In this document: positions 33,719 to 45,900 of the stretch, piece by piece | Numbering within the stretch: the stretch's first letter is position 1 | Layout of the letters: every line of letters starts with the position of its first letter | Source of the DNA: Curvularia clavata | Lineage: Eukaryota | Direction of reading: 5' to 3' | DNA: 64,000 nucleotides | Assembly (NCBI GenBank): GCA_023920165.1 | Contig: CP089275.1 | Span: 1,922,001-1,986,000 of the forward strand | Notes under the pieces: generated by a model | What the model saw: only the letters and a program-made list of their open reading frames with translations | Told to the model about the DNA's origin: nothing | The model's database searches: none | Made by a program: the position numbers and the translations under genes

Positions 33719-35704
33719 CCTGTAAAGGCTCAGTGATGTGCCAAGTAGACCATATAGGTGGAGTCAAGGTGGAGCCTGTACTGGTGTTAGCGTGCAAATA
33801 CTCATGGGTGGCTAAGTCAGTGCAGCATTGAGAGTCTGTCTCACCTAAATGTTCAAATCAAAGTAGTGAGCAATGAGTACGAGCAAAAATTAAATTAAGT
33901 TGACTGCCTTGGCCGTTCGTCAGAAGATGTTGATTTCACTCAGTTTGTTGTCCTCCCCGTGGTATTGAGGTATTTGACCATGAAAGCAGAAATCGGCTAG
34001 AGTAGTGGATTGCGCGATACCGTAAGTGACTGATAAACTATTTCCCCTGACGGTGAACTATGACATGGCTGTGGCCGGCTGGCTAGTTATACGTAAGCGC
34101 CGCATGAGAGCTGCATGAGAAAGTTAATTGGTTTCCCCTGACATGGCACGGCAATCTCCATCTTCTAGAATGCAACCACTACCTTCGATGCACAATTGCT
34201 GTTGAGTTTGGAAACCGCGTTTTCGTAAAGTGTATTCATAGATGCTTTTGTGCCCAGCTGCAGACAAATTCAGGCACCACAAACCAACACTGCCATGAAC
34301 GCATTCAGTCACCCTATGTGATACTTCACAATACAGTGATTCATATGCCGAGGAGGAAAGCCCATCCAAAAGTTGTGACGTGAGGCTAAATAGATAGTGG
34401 CCGCACTACCTCCAAGAAACTCAGACGGTCGCGCGGACGGAGCAGCCTATCACACGCCGTCTTAATCTTATTGATGTCGGCGGTCGTAGCGTGCCCCCAG
34501 TGACATTGATCTAAATGGAACGTCGGAAATAAAAGCGGCTGGCAGAAACACGGTCAACAAGACGGCTAGATGCCGTCGCAGATGAGCAAAGTGGTCGACG
34601 AGATGTGTGGCTTACATAGGCACAGGAGGACAGCGGGAGAAGATGCTTCTACGTAAGTTCTCTCAGAGTCGAGACTCGGGTCGACATCTTACCCCCACGG
34701 TAAGGCCGTGCTAGTCCATCCCTCTAGAAGCGGACTACACTCTGCACTAACTAATACATAGGCGCAAGTTCCCCAGACTCTCCGAGGGGCGCATAACTCC
34801 GATGGAACTCCCGATCTGCTTCGGCATTCATGTTGTGCGATATTATGCGTTCATTCCTTTTCTCTTCAGTACAATTCGACTTGAACAACTGCACCTCAAC
34901 TGGTGCTAACGCATGTTTTGGGTAGAAATACTTGACTGCCATCGACCCCGACGTCATCATCTATCCGCCTCCTCCGCAAGATCATCAAGGGGCGCAACAA
35001 TACCGCCGATCCGTTGTCTATCAGTACTACTGAAAATAGCGTGGCCATCTCCACGGCGTTTCTTGCTGTCCCGTCCACAAACTCACATTCTTGTGACAGC
35101 TTGCTAGTCCCGTTAAATCGGAAAGAGGCATCGTCGCATGCTCAATCTCTAACGTGTGGCTGTTCATTGTTGCATGTTGCTGCCCATCCTTGGCTCTGCT
35201 GTACAGCCGCAAAGCCCTGGCCGCCGCGTAACCCCTTCGTACCTAGGCTCTTTAGCTACCAGGACCCAATCGCTCCGATATGCCGCTTCACGCTTACCGA
35301 AGCCGAGCACTCGGTCGCCAAGCTGAGTTGATTCGAATTGTTGGCGAGGAGCCGGTGGCTGTGTCTATGACAAGACAGGCTATGTCTGCCGAGTTCGAAT
35401 GAGCGATCGATGCCGCGCTGTCACCCGTGCTTGAGCACCAGGGTCAAGGAGTACAATTCAGCAAGATGTACATCGTACGTTGAAACATGCCGTTGTTGAC
35501 GTTGTGAGGTGGGGTAATGGCTATCTTCTTCTTAAAGAGGCCGATAAAGTTCTGCGCCTTCCTTGGCTACAAACGTTTAAACAGCAAGGAGATTGTCAGA
35601 TGACGACAGGGACATAGTGGTTTTATAATTCAGTTTACTCTCAAAGTTGTAGGCCTAGCTGCTTCTAACCGCTTTGCCTTTATGATCCCATTTTGACCGG
35701 CGCA

Positions 35705-36529
35705 ATGTCGAATATTCCAGACCGTATCGTCGCGTTTCGTATTGCGAGAGATCCGGACAAGGATGACAAGGATGATGATGAATATTCGTCTTCATCTGTA
35801 TCTGCGACAATGACACCAACTTCGCAGCCGAAGGCACCGGGACCACCGGGCCCACCACGACCAGGAACAGTCTCTTCGACTCTATCCACCATAACCCAGT
35901 ATTCGTCTCTACCCACTATTACCCAATCATCCGCCGGCACTTCAGGCCCAACAGCAGCATCAATTCAAGCGCAGCCCAGACCAGCGGACCATTTCGGCCC
36001 TGCAGAAAGCGCAGGTATAGGTGTTGGGGTCGCAGTCGCCGTTCTGCTCCTCGCCCTCGCGGCATGGCTCTTTGCACGACGCAGACGATCGAGCAAAATG
36101 CGAAAGACGTCGGTTAGTTCAACAGCCGATACAGAAGTTGGCAGCAGGCAACTGGATCCCGGATCCAAAGAATATGGTCCACCTGGTGTGAAAGAGCTGG
36201 AGGCTGGGAGGCGAGCTTCTGAGCTTGCGGCTCACATGGAACCAGCGGAAGTAGTGGGCGATCCTGAGTTTGTAGCAGAACTACAGGGATCAGACATGCC
36301 AGTGGCGGGTTGGAGGAAGCCAGATCGAGAACGCCTCTTTGCTGATGCGCCGATAAACGAAGAAGGCGACCATGACGAAAATGGCTTCAGCAAGTTTGAT
36401 AGCGAAGGGCAAGAACCCGGCGACTACAAAAAATCTTCTTTGAGCAATGTGTATAACAAAAAGCAAAAACCGGACGACCATGAGGAACCTGATTTTAGCA
36501 AGATGGACGTCAAAAAGCAGGGTTCCTAG
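35705..36529 (+). CDS. Single-pass membrane protein (Ser/Thr/Pro-rich N-region, TM, tail with EL-type repeats)
   Basis: TM AGIGVGVAVAVLLLALAAWLFA followed by RRRR; tail KELEAG..SELAA..AEVVG..AELQGS. No clear signal peptide, so the start is uncertain. Confidence 0.7.
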   Translation: MSNIPDRIVAFRIARDPDKDDKDDDEYSSSSVSATMTPTSQPKAPGPPGPPRPGTVSSTLSTITQYSSLPTITQSSAGTSGPTAASIQAQPRPADHFGPAESAGIGVGVAVAVLLLALAAWLFARRRRSSKMRKTSVSSTADTEVGSRQLDPGSKEYGPPGVKELEAGRRASELAAHMEPAEVVGDPEFVAELQGSDMPVAGWRKPDRERLFADAPINEEGDHDENGFSKFDSEGQEPGDYKKSSLSNVYNKKQKPDDHEEPDFSKMDVKKQGS

Positions 36530-36718
36530 GGACTTGGGTCGTACTCAAGTTCCATGATGATTCGTACGTAGATGCGACGATTCTGAATGTAACGAATTTC
36601 CTTTTACAGCTTCTGGACCCAATAGCTGCCTAGTCCGGAGGAATTTAGAGACTCTGGCCCGGCATGAATCAGCGTGCACTGTATGGCTGAGCTGTGTATG
36701 GCGCAGCTCACAGCATAC

Positions 36719-37420
36719 TCAAGGCGTATTTCCGTGGGGAAAGTGAGCATTCGCAGGTGGCGATATTGGCGAAGTGCCTAAGGAAGACATATCCCATGAT
36801 GACCGTAGCAACGGGGAGACATCACCACGAGCAGTCAGTGGCGGCGAGACCATCAACAGTGGTAGACTCCAACGCGTCACTTCAGCATTCGGTCTTGCTG
36901 GGTCTGTTTCAGAGACAGCGTTCCAGTCTTTCCACTGCTTCAGCTTCTGAACATACATCTCCTCCACTTCTTCTGGAGGATCCTGGCTCCTTCCGCTTCC
37001 GTCTACTTCTTGCGGACTTGTATCGCCATGGAGTTCCGGTGTTTGCCCTGCATCAAGCTCGTATATTATATGAGCATCTGCTTCGACAGGTGGTTGTTGA
37101 GGCGGTACGGTTGCTACCACTGGGGCAGGTGAGGGAGCATTCGGCCACCAAGCCTTCTCTTGCAACACCGGCTGCGCACTTGCATGGTCTGCTTCTTGCG
37201 TTTGAGGTTGCAGTCTTCGGGCGAGAATCCGGTTTCTTCGTCTGATAGCAAGGAAAGCGAGGAGGGCGATGAGAACGATTGAGACGGAGCACGCTACACC
37301 GATCGCGATACCACGCTTAATGCCAGGAAGTGATGTTTCCGTTTCCAGGATATTTTCTCTTTTGTTTGACGAGAATCGTGTCGATAGTAGGTTAGGCTTC
37401 GAGTTTGGCAGTGCAACCAT
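36719..37420 (-). CDS. Single-pass membrane protein with an EL-repeat cytosolic tail
   Basis: TM GIAIGVACSVSIVLIALLAFLAI followed by RRRNR; tail VEADA..YELDAG..PELHG..QEVDG. The start could alternatively be 37489. Confidence 0.7.
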   Translation of the reverse strand: MVALPNSKPNLLSTRFSSNKRENILETETSLPGIKRGIAIGVACSVSIVLIALLAFLAIRRRNRILARRLQPQTQEADHASAQPVLQEKAWWPNAPSPAPVVATVPPQQPPVEADAHIIYELDAGQTPELHGDTSPQEVDGSGRSQDPPEEVEEMYVQKLKQWKDWNAVSETDPARPNAEVTRWSLPLLMVSPPLTARGDVSPLLRSSWDMSSLGTSPISPPANAHFPHGNTP

Positions 37421-38344
37421 TGTTCCAACGTCAATAACAATAGTATGATGCAAGGTAGACAATGCAATGTAGAGAGGAACGTCGTGCATCTTTGTTAAAT
37501 GCAGCTAACGGAAGCATGCAGTGTGTGATCGGAAAGGTTTGTTGCGGCGCAGTCGCATCTGGCACAACCACTGCATCTTCCCCTGGTCTCCGAGCCGGGC
37601 GGGAGGTGGTTTCGGCGGCTACAGCACAGATGGGGGCGGAAATGCGCAGCTCTGGACCAAACAAGTGTTTATGGAGTGGGGCAGTGCTGCAGGCAGGCAA
37701 TGCAATGTGCAGTCGGCCTGCGCATCGTTTTTGCAACGATCTGCAATTAATCTAGAGGAGGAGAGCCTGTCGTGGTGCGGGAGGCGTGAAGTTGACGGGC
37801 TGCTAAGATGGGCGAGGCGGTGCAGCGACCATGGCCTCATGGCGGGCATCCAGGCACCTACTTATCCCGTATTACGGTCTACTCCTCAAATGTCTCTCGC
37901 GTTAGGCGTTCTCTTCACTGATCAGCCCATCCTTGACATGATATCTCGTTGTTCTTCAAGCTGCTATATTCAATATTTTCCATGTTCCTTGTCGAGGCTG
38001 CTGGTACCTGAGGATCTGCGGGTGTATCAGCCTCGCTGTGAGCCTACACCCACATTAACTTGTCATTTATGGTAAAGCGCTGTTGCAAACCTAGCGGCTC
38101 GTATAGGCTGCCGGGGAATTGATGGCATATATGGCAGGGATTCGCCTCCTATGGCTCATGATGCGGCCGTGATATCATACATCAACCCTGATACTCTGTT
38201 GCAAAGGCAGTATACCTATTCGCATCGAATGGCCATCAACGAAGTTGCATCTGTAGTCCGTAGGAGCATGCGTAAACAAAATCTAACATCTATGTCGTGT
38301 TTGCGAGGTTATGATGTGGACTCCATTGCCCCCCCGACAGCACG

Positions 38345-39416
38345 TTAATAACCTTTTCCTTGATGTACCGCCTCTCCGCCGCCATACCAGAGAGTGCCCG
38401 TGCCGCAATGCAGACCCTTCTCCTGACCTAGATTGAACTCGCCCCCATTTGGTATCTTCCCATCATTGTGTTCTGGCCAAAATTCCTTTTGGAGCCAGCT
38501 GTTGATCTCTTCAATCTTGTTGACCAGAGCTTTCAACTTCTCAGGGTCAAACGCGCCATTTTCATTTTCGAAATCCTTGGAATAGATGAACCGACCGATG
38601 GTAAGATGGCTTGAGGGCACGACGTATCGAGAGTCAACGTTCAAACCCACATCTTGGCAGAGAGAAAAGAGATCGCGACGAAGATGATGGTAGGTGAACT
38701 TATCATCCTCCACGGTGCGACCTGCATGCAATCCTTCTCCAGCTGCGGGCACAAAACTCAGAGCTAGTGCCGAGGCATCGTAGCCAATCAAAGGCTTGAT
38801 GAGGCGCGTACGGTGCGTAAACGTATAATCAGTGATGTCCGGGATCTTATCTCGCACTTCATCGACTAGCTTCTGGATCTCCGGCGCGGTCTTTGAGTGC
38901 GTTACTTCCAGGGCGGTGATATGGAGGTTATCACGCGGCATCAGCCAAAGGTCTCGTTATGTTAGCAAAACCCACACATCACTACCAAACATTACTCACT
39001 AGGCGCAACTGTGCGTATCTCTTGCTGTACTCGATGTATCAGATCCTTGATGCTCTGTGTTGGTCGCCCCCAGAAGACAAAGCAATGGCGAGGATCTTGA
39101 AACCCAGGTTCGATACTGGGATCGCACTTTCGCAGGAGAATCGAGTCTATATTGACACCTGGGAAATCTTCGTGGAGCATTTTGGCCTTTTGCTGAGAGT
39201 TTCTCGTAGTTCGGTGTAGCTGGTACTTTTCTTGGATCCGTACCTGTGGTAGCTGCTCAGTATGCCGATGACTCTACTTCAGCATGTTCTTACTGGATCA
39301 TCTTCGCACGCTGCAATTAATGCATCATACGGATTGCTGAAAGCTGCAGTCGAGATGCCAGTGAGGTCCTCAAAAGTGTTGGTCTGGTTACCCGGAGCTG
39401 GTACGTGGCTAGACAT
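38345..39416 (-). CDS. LigT-like 2H phosphoesterase (RNA ligase/cyclic phosphodiesterase fold)
   Basis: Three exons joined by GT-AG introns. Fungal family motifs NPYDALIAAC and DPRHCFVFWGRP, plus two HxT motifs (NLHITALE, SHLTIGRF). Confidence 0.8.
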
Positions 39417-39787
39417 GGTGTTTTTTTTTCACAGCTGTTCCCAAAGGTAGTACTGCATCAATGTCAATCAGCAGTACTAGTATTTATACTTTGTTTTTGC
39501 CCAGGTGTGTGGAATACGAGAAAAGTGACACGAAGGGCGTGCCAAAAGAAACGGGCTGAGGCTGTAAGTATCTGCCCCACTATGGTGACTTGACCGCTCC
39601 ATGAAGCTATACCTTCTCGGAGCGGCCCACTGCGTGTGTCTGCTACATCATTTTCTGTTCGCTCGATAATAGAGCTAAGGCTTCCAGCTTCATCACCAGC
39701 ATACATCTACCGAGGTGTTGGTGCGATGAGTCTACGGCGCGGAGTAGGTGCCATAGTGGGTCTCACTCACGTGCTTTCGCTCTGCAA

Positions 39788-39816
39788 ACGCGGATTCATG
39801 TGAACGCGCCCACGCG
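39788..39816. promoter_or_regulatory. Cluster of three ACGCG (MCB-like) cores upstream of the DNMT5-type gene
   Basis: ACGCG at 39788, 39804 and 39812, about 150-180 bp before the ATG at 39969. CACGTG at 39768. Confidence 0.45.
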
Positions 39817-39968
39817 ATAACCCGCAACACGTCATGGTTGTTTTACATGTTTGCTCGTAAATCTATCACTCTTAGCAGTTCGTGCTTGGAACTGGAGTCG
39901 CCTGATCGTACCATTTTCCAGGTGAGAGACTCAATTTCTTGATCTCGACTTCTCCCGACACCGACTTC

Positions 39969-42900
39969 ATGTCAATCAGCTTACGCAAGCGCAAGCGCTC
40001 GGTAGAGGCGTGTCCTATCCCCGGTTGGAAGGGCGATACTATTGAAGTCACCACAAGACGCCGGGTTCCGAATAGCCTGTCGACTGAACTGGCTCCATCA
40101 ACTCCAACACGGGCACATATCAGAGAAGGCAGTACGACACGTACACGCCTACATTCTAGCAGTATGCCGATCATTAAATACAGGTTACTCATTTGCTGGA
40201 GCAGAAGCTGAAAATAGGTCCAGAGAATGCATCTTCTTCACAAACTAACACGCGAGTCACTGCTCCACCAGTGAAAGCAGTCGACCGATCGATACCTGGT
40301 GACTGCTGTTATCATTGCCTTACTCGTGGAGGTAATGCCGCTTACGAATGCTTCACGGAAGAAAGTGGAGAACGTTGTACTCGTTGTATCAGAGACAAAA
40401 GGACCCATTGCAGATCGCCCACTAGCGAGGAGGCAGCAGTTATAGCTGCACGATGTCCGCGCTGTACGCAGAGAGGGTTCAAGAAATGTGATGGAGGCGA
40501 TCCGTGCGATACCTGCACACGCAACCAAACGCCACATCTGTGTCGCAAGGAGCCTACAAGGAAGTTCGACCACGAGCAGGCTTCAGAAACGGATTGTAAT
40601 CAGCTCTCCGACAGCGCCTCGCTAGTGAGATCTAGCAGAAGTCGAACAGCTAACCAGAGCGATGATCACAAGAACGGAGCAAATAAGCAGGCAATCACGA
40701 AGGAATCTGCACCTGCTGCTCAAAGCAGGTACGAAAGAGGGGAGCGCATGACACTTCGCAGCAGTTCGGGTAAACATGAATCCTCAAGAAATATTACAGA
40801 GACTTCTCTGCCCCTTTGTCATCATGGAACGACCAACGACCCAAACCCGAATTCTCCTGAATACTCGCGTATCTTAAAGGATATACCCTCACCTGATCGC
40901 ACTTGCTTTGCTAAGGAAGTAGTTAATGAAATCCCCCTCGATATTCACAAATCAAACCTCCAATCCGAGAAGCGCATCCTGCGAAGTCGCGCCAGAGTTT
41001 CGTATACTGAAAAGCTCGAGCTGGAGCTACCGAACGACGATTCCGAAGCTGGAAATGAGCCCAACATGACTGAGGAAAGCAAGGTCCAAGCCGAACTCAC
41101 TTCAGCGAACGACGTCTCATCTATCAACGACAATGGTCCAAAAGAATCAATGTTTCCCGAGAAGTTATTTGGGCTTCGAGGCGGCAGAGACCTCGAGAAA
41201 TCGAACAATACCAGAGTGTCGATACGTTCCAACAAGGGTATAGACTTAAGCCTCCCGCCACTCTCAAGTCTAGAAGACTGTATGCACCATATGGTTAGCA
41301 AAGCTGTGGACCTGGGCCTGCTCGAATCCTTGAAACGTCTCAAAGGGCGAACACTCAGGATAGCTACCATGTGTTCTGGCACAGAGTCACCTTTGCTGGC
41401 TTTGGAGGAAATATCGAGAGGTCAGTAACCCACTTTCCCAATTCTGGCTCCAACTAACGTATGTGTCCTCCAGCTCTTGAAAAACAGGGCCATCAACCAA
41501 TCCGATTCCAGCAAGAGTTCTCTGCCGAAATCGAGGTCTTTAAACAAGCTTTTATCGAGCGCAACTTCCGTCCCAAGATCCTGTTCAGGGATGTTAGAGA
41601 ATTCATCTGCGATTCTGCAACCACAGCTACAACTGCATATGGTGCAAAAGTAGATATACCTACTGATATAGATATCCTCGTAGTCGGATTCGTCTGCAAA
41701 GACCTATCGAGAATGAACAACAACGGAAAAACACTCGAAGGCGGTGGGGAGTCGGGTGATACATGGCTGGCTATATATACATATGCCAAACGTTTCCGTC
41801 CAAGCATCGTGCTGCTTGAGAATGTCAAGTCTGAAAAAGCAACGTGGGAGGACGTGGTGTCCAGATGGAACAATATTGAGTATGAAGCTTCCTGGGTATT
41901 CTGCGACACTAAGAGGTACTACCTCCCCCAGACGAGAGAGCGTATGTATATGGTGGCTATAGAGCGCAGCCACTTCGGCAAGGGAGCTGCTAATGCTGTG
42001 AATCTCTGGAAAAACACGATGCAGCACTTAGAGAGGCCTTGCAGCAGTCCATACGAAGCGTTCCTTCCAAGGTCGTCGGCAGAGTCGCATGGCTACAGTG
42101 CTCTCAGATCTGAGCCAGAATGGACATTGTGTAAACTCAGAAACGACCACATACGTTCAGAAAAAAGGCTTGGGATTCTGAGGCCTGTAAGCCGACGGAA
42201 TGATAACGGTACAGTCATGTAAGTTGATGCCTAGCCATTGATCTCAAAGTGTTGACTAATTTTGACTAGGCCGCCAGATTTCGCGGATCGGAAGTTTTAC
42301 AACTCTCAGTCAACGCGAGTTCATGATGCCATCGACATAGCTCATCTTGAAAGTGCACAAAAAGGATACGACTCATTGTACAAAATGGCGCTCTGGGATG
42401 TGTCCCAAAATGTCGATCGGTTTAGAGGAGACCTGGGTCTCAGCACTTGCATAACCCCGGCTGGACAGGTCTTTTCCAGCAATCGGCAATGCGCATTGAA
42501 CGGGAGTGAACTTCTTTTACTTCAAGACATGCCTCTTAGCAAACTCATACTCGCCAATGAAACCCAGAGAGACTTGCAGAATCTAGCAGGAAATGCCATG
42601 TCAACTACGGTCATTGGAGCTTCCATAATATCAGCTCTAATATGTGGTTCCAAAGCCTTTCTACCAAAGCCTTCAGGTGTCCATCATGAACCGCCTACAA
42701 TAGAGAGCTTCACTCCACAAATCCCTATTATCGTTCAGTCTGATTATATGCAGCAAACGCTGCTACAGCCACGGACATACCGAGAACTAGAATTGGACAC
42801 ACTGCAGCAAGATGCAAGGCTGAGCGAGCAGATGTGCAGTTGCGAAGGGAAACATATCACATCTAAGTCAGCAATCCGACTATGCTCAGCATGTGGACAT

Positions 42901-45900
42901 TCTGCTTGCATATCGTGTGCAGGTAACCCTAAGCACGTTTACGAAGAGACGATGCTAAGTAACTATCGGAAACAGGCACCACATGAGTTCATGAACAGGT
43001 GGCGCTCCGAGCTACCCCCGCGCCTAGAGCTTGAGATTTTCCCGGGAATCCGCCGTCTGGCTTGTGATATACCAGGATCCGATCCGATTTTGCGCTCATA
43101 TCTGGATCTAACGAGCAAGGTTCAGAACGATTCGCGGCATTTCTGCATTGGTGATCTTGTCCGAGAGCATCAATATTGGAAAATCACATACGATGCTTCT
43201 CATGCATGGCTGGAGCTGAAAGTTGGTCAAAAGATTGAATGGCTGGTCTTTCTCAAATGCCCATCTGAGCTCTGTGGAGACAACCTCTTGCGAAAATTCC
43301 TCGAGTCTCCAATAATGCATGGGACCGTTGGTGGGTCGCTGTTTGAAGTTGAATGGAAAATGCGCCTTCCAGACTTGAAATCTTATCCACTACGTATACG
43401 CGGTTTGGGTGACCGAGCGAGTTCGTGGAGAAACAGATTGGGTCTGCAAGACTACAAGGAAGAGACAGTACCAAGTATTCTCGAAATTAGCTGTAATGAC
43501 CAGGAGCTTATGGCAGTCTCGGGACAGTATGAATACCTCCCACATTGTGGGACGGCATCCAATAGCTTGTACAAGAAGCTGGCAAAAGACGAGCGCCTAT
43601 TCCTGTTTCTCGATCCAGATCCAATAGGCAACCCGGAATGCGACAGTTTCGTCTTCAGCAGAGATCAGAGCAAGAAAGGTTTTGGTGAGAGTCGCATTAT
43701 CACAGCCTATATCGATCCATCGTGGCGGCCATGGCACATCAAGCATGAGGGTGTCCACATTGTGAATGCAACTAGTTCCGACATTTGGGCTCCCATTACG
43801 GTTGGCTTAAGGTCCGCATGCATTCCTATAGATGTGAGGTTTCTCGATGAGCGGTTCTTAAGCAAGAGCTGCATCCCCAGGTGTTCAGAGGCTCTCACAT
43901 TCCTGGATGTTCTTGTGCACTCCACAATAACTGTTCAGACATATTCTGATTACTCTTGGGCTCTAGAGCTTCCCAGGTCGTTGCCATCATACATATCTTG
44001 GAAGCCAATAGATCTAAATTGTTCCAGCGAATGCCCTTGCGCACCGCCCTATCCAAAGCTGATTTGGAGCGTCGATGAGAAGGGTATTGCGACGGCACAT
44101 CAGGACCATAAAGCTGCAGCTATTTTTGAGCGCGCTACAAAAACCAGTCCTCCAATATTTCAGTTAAAGGCTTCAAATGAGGGGTCAAATACGCGCATTC
44201 GTGTTGCTCTCAATGTAAGGTCTCTAATTCACCGCGCTCGAAGAAGACTTTCTGTCCAGAAAGGAACGATGAAAGTTGCTTGGAGACTGGTCACGAACCA
44301 TGTAGATCTATCTCCTCAGCCCTTTGGAAGGTTCACATTGCAGAACAATGCAAGAGACCCTAATTACAACATCTCCGTCACACCAACCTACTTGCGCGGC
44401 ACCCAGCTGAAATCCCTACAATGGATGATTACTCAAGAACTGGGTAAGAGGATAACCATTGCAGAAACAGAAGAAGCAATACATTCAGGCCTAGGTTGGA
44501 AACTCGAGGCTCTGGCAGAAGTCGAACGATATGTTCGCGGAGGTGTGCTGGCTGACCGTCCCTCTTTCGGTAAAACAGTCACTACCATCGCGCTCATTCA
44601 AAACGAGTTCGAGACCAATACACCTGAAGCTATCCTTCAAAAGAATCAAGTCTCGGAAACGAAGCTCCCTGGGTTGATGAATTCAGTTGCAACGCTAGTC
44701 GTGTGCCCACCACATATTACGCGACAGTGGCAATCTGAAATCGAAAAGTTCCTACCAGCAAAGCAACTCCAGGCATACAATGTTCTGGTAGTAGAAGAGT
44801 TCGCACAGCTTCGATCTTTGAGCATTGAGGAAGTACTGGCGAGTAGAGTCATTGTTGTGTCGTGGGCGCTGTTTACACAGCAAGATTATGTATGTGACCT
44901 AGCGCGCATTGCTGCTTTACCGGAGCCAGCGATGAACAGTCGCCGAGGCATAGATGCTTGGATGTCACGAGCGATTCGTGAGCTACCAGGTCAACTCAAC
45001 ATATATGAGAAGTATGGCTATCAAGAATTTGAGAAGCGCACGAGAGGATTCGCAGAAGAGCGCCTCCGGCATCGAGAATTTACCGCGTCATTGCCTTTGA
45101 AGATCAAGCACGGCAGCGCCTATCAATCATTCAGCATTACGCAATCGGCTGCGAATGCTACAAAGGGGCCAAAAAAGGACATTCAGTCGTCCGTGACTCA
45201 GAAAAGGAAGACCGATAGAACCGCTTTATGCTTGCTGCCGTTGCTGCATTTGTTCCAGTTCAACAGAATTGTGATAGACGAATATCACTATCTGAACAAC
45301 ACAAGGAAATTGGAGAGTCATATGATTGCCACCGCAATCAGGCTCATTTCGGCACACAAACGCTGGGTTCTTTCTGGCACGCCGGCACTAACAAACTTTT
45401 CTGACGTCAACCAAATCGCATCTTTTTTTGGCATCAGCCTGGGCAGATATCATCCAGGTGACAGTGCAGTACCTACCGACATAGACCAGACTGATTTCGA
45501 GAGCTTCATCGGTCAAACGGAGGTTGTCTCTAGACATTGGCATGAGGAACGGCATTTGCGAGCCCAAAATTTCCTCGACAATTTTGTGAGGCAGAATGAA
45601 GCCGAAATCAAACATATCCCTTGTGCTGAAACCCTCGTTCCAGTGCGTCTGGATGCTGCGCATCATGCCGTATACATAGAACTTTCTCAGTACTTGGCCT
45701 CTCAACGAATGCAAATCAAGAAACTCAACAAGAAGTCGGACTCGGATCGAACGAAGCGACTGAACGAAAGCCTGGAGAATTCTTCAAGTGCCGAAGAAGC
45801 TCTTTTGAGATCGGCACTGCTTTTCAGAACTGAAGATGGTGTATCAGGCCTCGACCACCTAATGAAGAAAAGGTCACAACAGCTCGTTAGTACGGAGAAG

